A stretch of DNA of 63,983 nucleotides, counting the filler, from Octopus bimaculoides (taxonomy: Eukaryota), in NCBI RefSeq assembly GCF_001194135.2. It is 6 parts of 6 records of this genome, joined end to end, with 100 filler letters (N's around TTAATTAATTAA, not from the genome) between each part and the next. Parts side by side here need not be neighbours in the genome. Positions count along the whole stretch, not along the records: positions 14,709 to 36,872 come from NC_068981.1; 5 more parts are not named here. One strand, given 5' to 3'. Of the stretch, positions 25,743 through 36,872 are shown piece by piece. Positions within the stretch are counted from its first letter, which is position 1. Each line of letters starts with the position of its first letter. Both the position numbers and the translations under genes were made by a program. The notes beneath the pieces are model-generated. The model saw only the letters and a list, made by a program, of their open reading frames with translations, made no database searches and was not told where the DNA came from.

Positions 25743-25782
25743 GTCAACATTAAGAGTAAACTTTGAAATTTTTGCTTCATAG

Positions 25783-25941
25783 CTACCTGTAAAAATTCGT
25801 ACCTAAATGACGAAAAATGTGACCAGTGGGCCTTAGAAGGTGAATGCCAGTTAAACGCTGTATGGATGGAGCAATATTGTGCTAAATCTTGTAGAACATG
25901 TGACAAAGTTACCGGTGGCGGCGGTACAGATGAGGAATATG
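25783..25941 (+). CDS. ShKT exon 2: STCKNSYLNDEKCDQWALEGECQLNAVWMEQYCAKSCRTCDKVTGGGGTDEEY
   Basis: ttcatAG acceptor (25781-82); G|GTAAGT donor at 25942; 159 nt, open frame, six Cys with ShKT spacing. Absent from the ORF track because it is short. Confidence 0.93.
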
Positions 25942-26079
25942 GTAAGTTATCATGATTTATTCTTTGTTTTAGCTATTCGGCAACTATGATATATTATGCA
26001 ATTCTAGTACTGGGGTCGACGTAATCGATTAAACCTATTACTTCAAAATCCCTGGTCTGTACAAAAATTATAAAGAATG

Positions 26080-26137
<58 letters not shown>

Positions 26138-26161
26138 TTATCATTATTATTATTATTATTA

Positions 26162-26712
26162 TTGAGTGAAAGAGCAGTTCATGCCATCACTGAGGTAAAA
26201 TATACGAAGCCCAATATACCCATCATGACTGCCCGTCTGATAAGGGTACATCAGGCACATGCATCACAACCATGTGTGCGCGACGTGTTTATCTCATCTA
26301 TCAAGATAAACAGCGCATCACCTCGCAGGTGGGGCCCAGTTAGAATTTTCTTCAGGTCGGGTAGTCCATCCCGCTCAAAAGGACCCNNNNNNNNNNNNNN
26401 NNNNNNNNNNNNNNNNNNNNNNNNNNNNNNNNNNNNNNNNNNNNNNNNNNNNNNNNNNNNNNNNNNNNNNNNNNNNNNNNNNNNNNNNNNNNNNNNNNNN
26501 NNNNNNNNNNNNNNNNNNNNNNNNNNNNNNNNNNNNNNNNNNNNNNNNNNNNNNNNNNNNNNNNNNNNACTTACAAGCAAATCTGTGGTATTGAGCAGAA
26601 TATTTGCTGTAGCCCATCTTTTTATAACAAGACAAAACAATGTACATGATAACACTTCCAATCAATTGAGATCAGAAGCCACGAGAGCTACTGCCTGGTA
26701 CTGCATCAGGGC
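26162..26712 (-). mobile_element. ~550-bp non-autonomous retroposon (family F) embedded in (ATT)n on both sides, ShKT intron 2
   Basis: Colinear with 17443-17975, 9631-9895 and 1021-1095; long (ATT)n at 26080-26161 and 26713-26825. Confidence 0.75.
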
Positions 26713-26826
<114 letters not shown>

Positions 26827-26829
26827 CAG

Positions 26830-27170
26830 TAAGGCGGCTGGCCGAATCGCTAGCGTGCTGGATGAAATGCTTAGCGGCATTTCGCCCGTCACTACGTTCT
26901 GTATTCAAATTCCGTCGAGGTCGACATTGCCTTTCATCCTTTCGGCGTCGATAAATTAAGTATCAGTGAAACACTGGCGTCGATGTAATCGACTTATCCT
27001 CTCCCACCAAAATGGCTGCCCTTGTAGCATAATTTGAAATCATTATTATATTTTCTTATTGTTATTAAAGCAGCCAGTTGGCAGAATTGTTAGCACTCCA
27101 GGCAAAGTGCTTAGCGGCATTTCTTCCGTGTCTGCGTTCTGAGTTCAAATTCCGCCAGGGTCGACTTTGC
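26830..27170 (+). mobile_element. Two family B SINE copies (one full, one 5' fragment) in ShKT intron 2
   Basis: Colinear with 761-975. Confidence 0.75.
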
Positions 27171-27355
27171 TCGTTTGTGAGAGCAGTTGAGTTTATTTCA
27201 GATATTCTTATTTTAAAAATCGTCTCCGGCTAATCGTTGAGAGGACGTTGATGTTACCTTGACGGAGGTTTGTGCTCTCTGAGTCCTCTTGTTATTATTG
27301 ATATTGTCAACCTCTACTATATAAAATAAATATTTACTTAATTTTTTTGTAACAG

Positions 27356-27481
27356 ATGATTGCAAAGATTCCGAGCAATATAAAGATAAGTGCCCTGGTT
27401 GGGCCCAAGCAAATCAGTGTGCAATAAACCCTAAATTTATGATACCACACTGCCGAATGTCCTGCAAGAAATGCCAAACAA
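27356..27481 (+). CDS. ShKT exon 3: DDCKDSEQYKDKCPGWAQANQCAINPKFMIPHCRMSCKKCQT
   Basis: tttttttgtaacAG acceptor; A|GTAAGA donor at 27482; 126 nt; ShKT Cys pattern. Confidence 0.93.
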
Positions 27482-27675
27482 GTAAGAAATGTAAAATTAT
27501 TTTCTTTGTTAGAAATGAACTTTTATGGAACGATGTTCAATTCCTAAGACGGCGGTTTTTTGATCCCATTCGAGATTAGAATCACTTCGCCTAGATTTCG
27601 CATGCATGCATACACACATACATACACACATACACTCATACACACACACATACATACATACATACATACATACAT

Positions 27676-28700
27676 AGGCAACAGAGGTTTAACACCAATC
27701 CAAAATACCTTTGAATGTCGTATCATATCCCTACGGCAACATATTTTCCCTACCAAGTGTCGGAGTACATCCCTTGACCAAGTTTACATGCATGAGACTG
27801 ATAACATCATAAGACTTGGAAGGCAGCTTCTTGAGCAACATTGCTCGTCTGATACCTTAATTACATTCCAAAGATGTCGCATGACTCTACTGCAACGTAT
27901 CATCAGATGAAAGGATGAACATATATGAGCAGAAGACCATCAAAGCCGTCTATCATGAACCAAAAGCCGGATGACTACCTCCCATTTTGAAGAATATGCG
28001 TTTGCAATTCAGGAACTGGAAATATCAACCAAATACCTGATGCACCAAAGGGACAAAGATGCAGGAAAAGCAGTAAAATGTGACAACCAATGCAGACTTT
28101 GTGGAGTTAACACTGAAGATATCACCCACATCGTAAGTAGTTATCCGAAAATGTCATCATGGTATTATCTACTGATGAGACATGCTGTAGCTAGTACACT
28201 CTATACTGAAATCCGTTGGAAGGATAACTACAAGGACAAAGAAATAAGAACCCACAGTATGGTAGAAGCCATAGCCACTCATAATAAAAAGGAGTACTGA
28301 TGTGAAAACCTCAATAAAATATAAGCAGAAAAGACCTGATATAATGATTTGGGATAGAGAAGGGAAACTGTGTATAGTTGTGGAAATTAGCTGCACAGTG
28401 GATGTTAACGTAAAGCTGTAGTACACTGAACTATTGAGAAATCTGCAATTACTCTATCCAGATGTCAAGTTCAGGTTTATACCTGTAATTATTGGGGCCC
28501 TGGAATATGTAATAAACTGCCTAAATACCAATCTTGAGAAATTAGGCTTCTCAAAACCAGAAAGGGAAAAGCTAATTCGGAGACTACAGATCCAATCCAT
28601 CACTGGAACTGTAAAAATCAGTAAAACTTTCCTGACGTTTATCATTTAAATATATATGAGCATGTCTAGAAATGCAACTATATGCATAAAAATACATACA
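27676..28700 (+). mobile_element. R4/Dong-clade (RLE-endonuclease) non-LTR retrotransposon 3' fragment, ShKT intron 3
   Basis: CRLCGVNTEDITHI zinc knuckle, RHxxV, PDIMIWD..CIVVEISC (PD-(D/E)xK-like) and IPVIIGAL motifs. Confidence 0.8.
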
Positions 28701-29206
28701 TAAAACAGAACATACAAATCTTTACATATACATACATACATACGTACATACATACATACGTACATACATACACACAAAAGTACCCTGTTGTTGATGTTGA
28801 ATTTCCAATGAAGGAACCTTGGATCAAAGTTAGAAACCGACTCTTTCTCCATTGACAAGAAATCTTGAAATAAAACTGAATAATCACACACACACAAATA
28901 CATACATACATACATGCATGCACACACATATACATATATATACACACACATACATACATCCTTCCTTCCTTCAGTTTCTGTCTTCCAAATTCACACACAA
29001 GGCTTTTATAGCCCTTGGTCAACCTAAGGCTTGTGAGTAGATTTTTAGAATTGATTTGGAATAAGTATCCTAATTTTTACAAAAGAATTTACTTGTATTA
29101 TAACGAAGAGATTTAAATACTTCAGAAACACTCATATATTTAAACGGAACATGTAATTTCTTGGTGAAACGTTGTTTATCTTTTCTTTTTCTTTCCTTAT
29201 TTATAG

Positions 29207-29404
29207 AAGGTTGTGTGAACTTATACAAAGATAATATTTGCGACTTGAAGGCAGAAGGTGACCAATGTGAATCTAACAGAGAATTCATGAGGAAAAACTG
29301 CAGAAAGTCTTGCAAACTTTGTAGTGAAGGGGAAATTGAATATGATAAGAAAACCACAGTCTATGTTGAACCAACGACAGCACCAACTACAAAAAACAAT
29401 CCTT
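29207..29404 (+). CDS. ShKT exon 4 plus Thr-rich linker: KGCVNLYKDNICDLKAEGDQCESNREFMRKNCRKSCKLCSEGEIEYDKKTTVYVEPTTAPTTKNNP
   Basis: Long pyrimidine tract with TAG/AAG tandem acceptor (29204-29209); T|GTAAGA donor at 29405; 198 nt; matches ORF 29161..29430. Confidence 0.93.
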
Positions 29405-29885
29405 GTAAGATAAAAATTCTCGTCTTTTAAAATTATTTTTTATCCTAATTATTAAGCAATTAACTCTTCCGTTTGTTATAATCTGGTGTATTGATTCATT
29501 TATGAAATTATCCAGAAAATGGTCTTATATTCTATATAGCATACTATAAATTGATTATTTCTTATATTTCTATAGCTATATTTATGTCCCCTAGCTAGTT
29601 TCCTGAGTATTAGTATTTTCTCATGTACGTGTTCATGTGTTTGTTTAATTTTATACTCACAAAATACAGATCTTATAAAATGAAACCAGATATAGAACTA
29701 AATTATATATTTCATGTAGTTTACACAATAATTTTCATTATAAAGGTTATTGTGTAAATTAATTAAATTATATCAGTCATTCTGAAGCATTGAGAAATTA
29801 GAATTAATGAAAAGACAGCTAAATGAGATGGAGAACGTTGGATTGCTTTTTATCACTGGGCTACTCAAGCACAACTGAAGAATAA

Positions 29886-30100
29886 TCTTTTCTACTCCAG
29901 ACACAAGGCCAGAAATTTTGGGGGAGGGGACCAGTCGATTAAATTGACTCCAGTACGCAACTGGTACTTAATTTATCGACCCCGAAAGGATGAAAGGCAA
30001 AGTTGACCTCGGCGAAATTTGAACTCAGGATGTAAAAACAAATGAAATACCGCTAAGTATTTCGCCTGGCGTGCTAACGTTTCTGCCAGCTCGCTGTCTT
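29886..30100 (-). mobile_element. Family B SINE with 15-bp TSD ACAACTGAAGAATAA, in ShKT intron 4
   Basis: Direct repeat at 29871-29885 and 30101-30115 flanks a full reverse copy. Confidence 0.9.
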
Positions 30101-30284
30101 ACAACTGAAGAATAACAACAACAGCAACAACAACAATAACTAAATTGCAGAATATAGCAAAGTATCATACCTTGATTTAATGTTTTTAATCAAGAATAAC
30201 CAATAAAATGAAAGTATGAAGAAAGAAAAACTATGACAGACATATGATAGCGAATTAGAAAGTAATGGCTTGACTTCATTGGCA

Positions 30285-30590
30285 TCATGCTCTTGCTTGA
30301 TGGGGCTGGGATAATTTCAAGTTAGTGGTCCCAGAGGTATCATCATATGTAGAGCTGATCAGTGCACCCCGTCGCTGGTGGTCCCACGCCAATCCCTTTG
30401 CATCCTCCAAAGTAATGTAGAGCCCCTGAAGATCTTCCCCAGTCACGTCCAGCCATCTAGTACGAGGCGTACCATGAGGCCTCTTCCAGCCCACAACTGT
30501 TGCATCGAATCAAAGTAAAGCCCTCGTAGGATGATCAAGTGGGAGGCGGAGGACATGTCTGTACCAGCGCATGCGACGGATAGCTAAAAG
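30285..30590 (-). mobile_element. RTE-like LINE 3' fragment, ShKT intron 4
   Basis: RRMRWYRHVLRLPLDHPTRALL ... GWKRPHGTPRTRWLDV. Confidence 0.8.
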
Positions 30591-31194
30591 ATGGGAGGCT
30601 GTGGGCTGATGCATGTATGCATGCACGCACGCACGCAGTTCTTTGTTGGAAACATGACTGTGCCATCTGATGTTCTCAATGGTTCTCAGGGCCGTGCTAT
30701 CGAAGCCGTCAATCCTCTTTGCATTGCTTCTGACTCATCCTTGTATATACATGCACGTATGTACGTTTATATATATATATGTAAACGTACATACTTTCTG
30801 TCTTCCCCCCCTCTCTCTCATGAACATATTTTGTTCAATCAGTCTTTTGCTGCTCCGAGTTTTCCCTAGAGGTGAATATGGTTTTCGGGTAAGTTGTAAC
30901 TTGCCTGAAAATTTGCTGATTTCTCCAGTCACACTTTACATCACATAGAGAGAAGGGATATATATAAAAGAGAGATAGCGAAAGAATTAACATAAGAAGA
31001 TAATGTCCATTGTGGAACATAGAAATTGACAAGTAGGGGCAGGGGATGGTTAAGATGAAAAAAGTTCTGTGGTCGATGGGTACCAAGTACATGACATACA
31101 CTATCACATACATGCAATATTCTATCCATGACAATTACACACTCCCACATACACGTAGAGACATAACAAGGGGGAGGTAAAAATGCAGTAGGTC

Positions 31195-31335
31195 AAGCAT
31201 TTTGTCCGATGTGCTAACGATTGTGATGAAAGGGAAAGTCGACCTCGGTGGAATTTGAACTCAGAACTAGTAACGGACAAAATACCACTATGCATTTTTC
31301 TTGACATGCTAACGATTCTGTCAGCTCACCACATT
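31195..31335 (-). mobile_element. Family B SINE 5' part, ShKT intron 4
   Basis: Reverse complement ggtgagctgacagaatcgttagcatgtcaag ... ctgagttcaaattccaccgaggtcgactttccc. Confidence 0.7.
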
Positions 31336-32026
31336 AACAATGATAATAATAATTTATAATAATTGATATGCTAGGAATAGTAAACAAAGATATAGACAAA
31401 AGGTTGACGGAGATCAGAATAAAATGCCTGCTAGAGTTCTTATAGAAAGTTTGTCACTCAGGGACAGCAAGGATTATCAGAAGGATTCTAAGCACTTGAA
31501 AGACAGCTGGAAACTTGTGGATACCTAAGGTTACAGGTAGTAACACGCTACACACATAAATCCTACCAGGAATAAGACCGAACCTGAGCCAAGCCAAAAT
31601 AATAATAGAATTATTATTAGGGACAACTAGAATACTTAGGAAGGTTCTTGGCATTTAACGTTACTTGTTTTAGCCCAATGTTAAGGATGTTTTCCAACAG
31701 TCTAATTTGTTGTGTGTCACTCCTAACAACAAAAAGAATACACAATGCTGCACACCCCCCAGCAACATGGAGGTGTTGCAGGTGATGCAGTACAAATTTG
31801 CCTGAAACGACCCAATGTTGAATAATAATAATGATATTAATAATAATAATAATAATAATAAAAATGAGGATGATGGCAAGAGTGGTGGTAATGGTGAAGT
31901 CATTGTCATTTTGCATATCATCATCATCATAATCATCATCATTTTTAATAATGACACATTGTATTAAATGAAGTAGGAATTTGAATGTAAAAATAACACT
32001 TTTTTCGTAAATTCTACTTGTTTCAG

Positions 32027-32176
32027 ACAATTGCTATGATTCTCACACTAATGTAGAAGATTGTAAAATGTGGCGTGACAATAACCATTGTAACATCAAT
32101 CCTGACTGGATGGCTAGACATTGTCGTAAGTCATGTGGTTTCTGTAGTGATACAGGAAGAACTACTACCACAAGCA
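32027..32176 (+). CDS. ShKT exon 5: YNCYDSHTNVEDCKMWRDNNHCNINPDWMARHCRKSCGFCSDTGRTTTTS
   Basis: cttgtttcAG acceptor; A|GTAAGT donor at 32177; 150 nt; ShKT Cys pattern. Confidence 0.93.
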
Positions 32177-32249
32177 GTAAGTAATATTAATGTTCACCTA
32201 CCTCTTTTCTGTAATTCATTTATATATTTTGCATTTACGAATGTGTATG

Positions 32250-32286
<37 letters not shown>

Positions 32287-32290
32287 TATA

Positions 32291-33095
32291 TACAGGGTGC
32301 AATGGGTAAATTTTAATTTCGCACATGTGCATTGTTTCGTTTTGATTTTGTCGACTGCAGAGTATAGTAGGATCAGTTGGGCAGCGTCTGTGAGAAAAAC
32401 AGCACCATGACACAATTCACTCTGCCAAAAATTTGGAAACGATATACTATACTGCTTGGCATTTACACCAGAAGCTCCAATACGAACATTTCAGAGCGTT
32501 TGGGTGATAAGACAGAATCATTGGCTTGCCGTGTACCCAAAACATGTACTGAGAGTGATATAAATCAAACGTCCAGTCAACATCTTAATGTTTGGAGTAT
32601 TCACTACTGATAGTGACGTTATGTTTCTATTCATCGTCTCACACGACCTCAGACTCAGCAGGGAGGCCTGCATTAAGTGTCTGGAGGAGATAGTGCTGCT
32701 CTGGGTCAAGAGGGTAGCTGCTGGAAGAACCTATATCTGGCAACATGACTCTTCATCATACCACACAAGCAGGACAATATCAGACAATATCTGCAACCAC
32801 ATCACCCCTAAATTCTGGCCACCTAACTCTCCAGACTTCAATCCCTTTGATTATTATGTGTGGGGTGCAGTTGAGCAAGAGAGCAACAAAACTCCTTGTA
32901 ATACTAAAGATGAATTCACAAAAAGTACTATGGTAGCATGCATCAACTTAAACAAGAAGACCGTCCAGAAGAGTTGCAGGAGATTCTGAAGTCGTCTGGA
33001 CGAAATGGTTGAAGCCAATGGCTATTTTACTGAATAAATTTATTCTGTAGTATTTCAAGATATGTTTATGTTATTTTGGTGAATGTATCTGTTAA
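32291..33095 (+). mobile_element. maT/DD37D-like transposon remnant in ShKT intron 5
   Basis: TACAGGGTG terminus; ORF 32588..32989 with YIWQHD...WPPNSPDFNPFDYYVWG (33 residues between the last two Asp, consistent with a small deletion from D37D). Confidence 0.85.
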
Positions 33096-33195
33096 AATGA
33101 GATGCAGTGTTATATATATATATATATATCAAAATATGCAACAAGGATAGTCAAGGTTGATGCAGTACGATCGTTTCATGCGACTCCATTTATAT

Positions 33196-33405
33196 AAGCA
33201 ATGTGAGCATTACATTAAATGTAAAATGCATTAAATGTAAAAGATACAGAAAATTTACTGAAATTTCATTTCAGTAGAAGGACATATTATTGTAACTACA
33301 ATAATATGTCCTTCTACTGAAATGAAATTTCAGTAAATTTTCTGTATTTTTGTGCAGCTGAAGATTGCTCTGCCTTTTACATTTAATGTAACGTTCACAT
33401 TGCTT
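33196..33405. repeat. Compound palindrome: perfect 51-bp stem with 2-nt loop, plus an outer 31-bp stem
   Basis: 33244-33294 is the exact reverse complement of 33297-33347; 33196-33226 pairs with 33375-33405 with 2 mismatches. Confidence 0.92.
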
Positions 33406-34281
33406 AAATAATTGTATATATATATATATATATATATGCATATATGTATATATGTATATATATATATATATGTATATATGCATATATGTTTGTGTGTCTG
33501 TATTTGTCCCTCCAACATCGCTTGACAACTGGTGGTGGTGTATTTGCGTCCCCGTAACTCAGCGGTTTGGCATTAAGAGACCGATAGAATAAGTACTAGG
33601 CTTATAAAGAATAAGTCCTGGGGTCGATTTGCTCGACTAAAGGCAGTGCTCCAGTATGGCCACAGTCAAATGACTGAAACAAGTAAAAGAGTAAAAAGAG
33701 TGTTATTTATAAACAGACTTTTGTGGATCCTAAAATAGGATAAAAACTATACATATATTTAAAGGGTTTTGATAAATCATAGGAAAAACTTCAGTCAACA
33801 CAAACTGTGACCTAAATATGATATACTTGTTTACTCCTTTACCTACACTCCTGGCTGAACCCTAAAAAAAGCCAAATTCCCCCATCAAACTGAATAACTC
33901 TTTCTACCATTCCTTTCTCCAAAACCCACATCCTACAAACACACTTTTCTCCTATACTTTTCCTTTTCCCCCACTTCCTACTCAACCACTTCTCTGTCTA
34001 CTTACACAACACCCAATTATAATTTGTGTTACTCTATCTATTGAAGAAATACCCAACCAAAATCAATATATAGTCAGAAAGTAGAAAGTAAACATAACAG
34101 TTGGTAAGCTGAAACTTTGAAGTTACTGTCAACATTTCCTTGGTTAATACTCACACGCATATATAAAGGAAGCAGAGATCATTGAACTACCACATTTTAT
34201 ATATACTGAAATAATTCTGCCTCAACTATTCAAGTCAATTTTTTAAAGGAATCTGTAAATATATTCCTTTCTTTTTTCTAG

Positions 34282-34395
34282 GTTCTTGTCAAAACAATGA
34301 TCCTGGATGTGATGAATGGGCAAAGCACGATATGTGTACTACAAATGCTCGTTATATGTTGGTTCATTGCAAGAAGTCATGTAAAGTTTGTGGAG
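34282..34395 (+). CDS. ShKT exon 6: SSCQNNDPGCDEWAKHDMCTTNARYMLVHCKKSCKVCG
   Basis: cctttcttttttctAG acceptor; G|GTAAGG donor at 34396; 114 nt; C-x6-C-x8-C-x10-C-x3-C-x2-C. Confidence 0.93.
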
Positions 34396-35287
34396 GTAAG
34401 GCTAAGGATACTTGTATTTGCTTATATTTTATTAAACGTTTTCTATGTTAGTCTAACAACTAGCAACTTACAATTTCTCCTCCTGCTATTTTCCTCTTCC
34501 TTAAAAAAATAAAAAAAATAAAAACAAGATAATTTTCGCTTTGAACAAAGCCTCATTGACTTTTTCAAGTTTCACTTGAAGAAAAAGATGGTGGTAGATG
34601 AAAAGATGTTGTTCTTCAGTGAATTTATTCAATGATGGTTGCAAGTTTCAAGTATAGCCCTTGTAAGTGGGCCTAATTTTAGCACCTGCCAACAGACTGG
34701 AAAACACTTCTTGGAGGTGACACTTACACTTAGTAGTGAAAGTAATCCTAGATCTATGAGGTACCTTGACAGGCTTTTGATGGTTGTCCATCTACTAGGA
34801 CATTACATTTTATTCCTTTTATGTACTAAAGGGTTCCATGCCTGTTTTTATTTATAACCAGCCCTGCATGAACTCTGAGTGTCTTCGTAAATTATTGTTG
34901 CAATATCTGCTCATTCATTACATTTGGAGCAAATAGACAGGGAAATGCTCCTTTCAGCATATTTGCTAAAGAGTTGGTATTGGCAGTGAGAATAGCATGA
35001 AAGAATAGGATTGCTTTGAACATAAGTGAGTAAGCTAGAGAACACAGATACAAGAAGGCATTTTCTGTTGGCTTTAAGGAATATTTGCAACATGGATTTT
35101 TCCCTGATTGACGCCAGGTATCTTTTCTCCTTTGGAACGCGTTTTTCTTCATTTCCTTTTTCATTCATATCTATATTCACACATACAAATCTGCACCCTA
35201 CCCCTATTTTTATATTTTGTTCTTGTCCTCCATCTATATTATGTTAATGAAATTACTAATATTAATATTATTTCTTTTTCTCTATAG

Positions 35288-35397
35288 GTTGTGAAGATGA
35301 TAATCAATTATGTGCAGCATGGGCCAAAGGACATCACTGCAACAAAAATGCAGGCTACATGTTACGGCATTGCAGAAAGTCCTGTAATGCTTGTTAG
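35288..35397 (+). CDS. ShKT exon 7 (terminal coding exon): GCEDDNQLCAAWAKGHHCNKNAGYMLRHCRKSCNAC*
   Basis: tttctttttctctatAG acceptor; TAG stop at 35395-97 directly after the last Cys. Confidence 0.93.
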
Positions 35398-35408
35398 AAG
35401 TCAATGTT

Positions 35409-36680
35409 TGAAGGGTGCTCATTAAAGATTTCCCCTGACCCACTTCCCAAGGACCGGGATAAACAAAACTTGGCATAATTATTAGTCCTTATCTACATAG
35501 CCACCGTCAATGGTGACACACTTCTCCCATCATTTTATGCAGCTGTGAGGACTCGTCTGTAGAAGTCAGTAAGCTGTGTCTGGTGCCAAGGCTTTAGCTC
35601 GGAAATAAGTTCATCATCATCTGAAAAGTGCTTCCCCTTCATGTTTGGAAAGAGGTGGAAGTCAGATGGAGTGAGGCTGGGAGAGTAAGGGGGATATGGA
35701 AAGATTTCATAGCCACAGGAATATGCTTTCATCTGGGCAATATGCGCATTGTGAACTGAGGGGTTGTATTGGAGGAGGTGGAGTCCTTTGGTCAGCATGC
35801 CATGCCTCTCTGCTTTGATGGCATCTCAGCAGAGAAGCATAATATGCCCTGTTAACTGTTGTGACCTTTGCCAGAAAATTCATCATCACTACTTCATGCA
35901 GGTCCCAAAAGACTGTGAGCATCACCTTGCCTGCTGAGGGTTGGACATGAGCCTTCTTTGGAGGTGTGAGTTATCATGATGCCATTGCTTTGACTGGACT
36001 TTAGTCTCAGGATCATAGTGATGGACAACCCATGTTTCATCCTGTGTGATAAGTCTGTCAAAAAAGTCCTCCTCGTTTTCTTGGCACATTGCCAAAAGAG
36101 CCTGGGAGCAATTGATTCATTCCTGCTTCTGAAAAGGTGTGAGCATACGGGAAATCCATCATGCAGAGAGCTTCTGCATGTACAAATGGTCATGAATGAT
36201 TTTTTCCAATGACCCCACACTTATCTTTACTTCTTGGACTAGTTGCCAAACAGTTATGCAGCAATCCTCCAAAATGGTGGCTTCCACTTTATGGATGGTG
36301 TTGTCATCAAAGGCAGAACATGGTTGTCCAGAAATAGGAGCAGTTTCTACTGATGTCCGACCACCTTTCAACTGGTGATACCAGTGCTTGACTAGGTCGT
36401 ATGATGGCGCATCATTATGATAAACTTCTTTCATCTCATCGAAAGTCTCTTTTGGTGTAGGACCTTTCAAGTATAAGAACCTGATCACTGATCTGCATTC
36501 AACTGCCTCCATTATAACACCTTAGTCCACTTCAACAGCCATAAATGACCAACGAATTCTAGTGGAAAGCTGCAGTTTACAATGTGACATAAAAAGACAT
36601 GTATAATTATGCCTGTGCAAGTTCTATTTCCTGCAATAAACAGAAGTGGATCAGAGGAAATCTTTAATGAACACTCCTCA
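35409..36680 (-). mobile_element. Full-length degenerate mariner (1272 bp) with ~38-bp TIRs, immediately after the ShKT stop codon
   Basis: TIRs tgaagggtgctcattaaagatttcccctgacccacttc and its variant reverse complement at 36643-36680; TA at 36681-82; frameshifted transposase (MEAVECRSVIRFLYLKG... to YPPYSPSLTPSDFHLF). Confidence 0.92.
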
Positions 36681-36829
36681 TATCATTGACAGATAGATTT
36701 ATATATTTGTATTCATATATCATCATATACATACATACATGCATACATACATACATACATACATACATACATACATGTATATATCTGTACTTATATATTC
36801 ATGTGAATATATATATGTAAATACATGCC

Positions 36830-36872
<43 letters not shown>

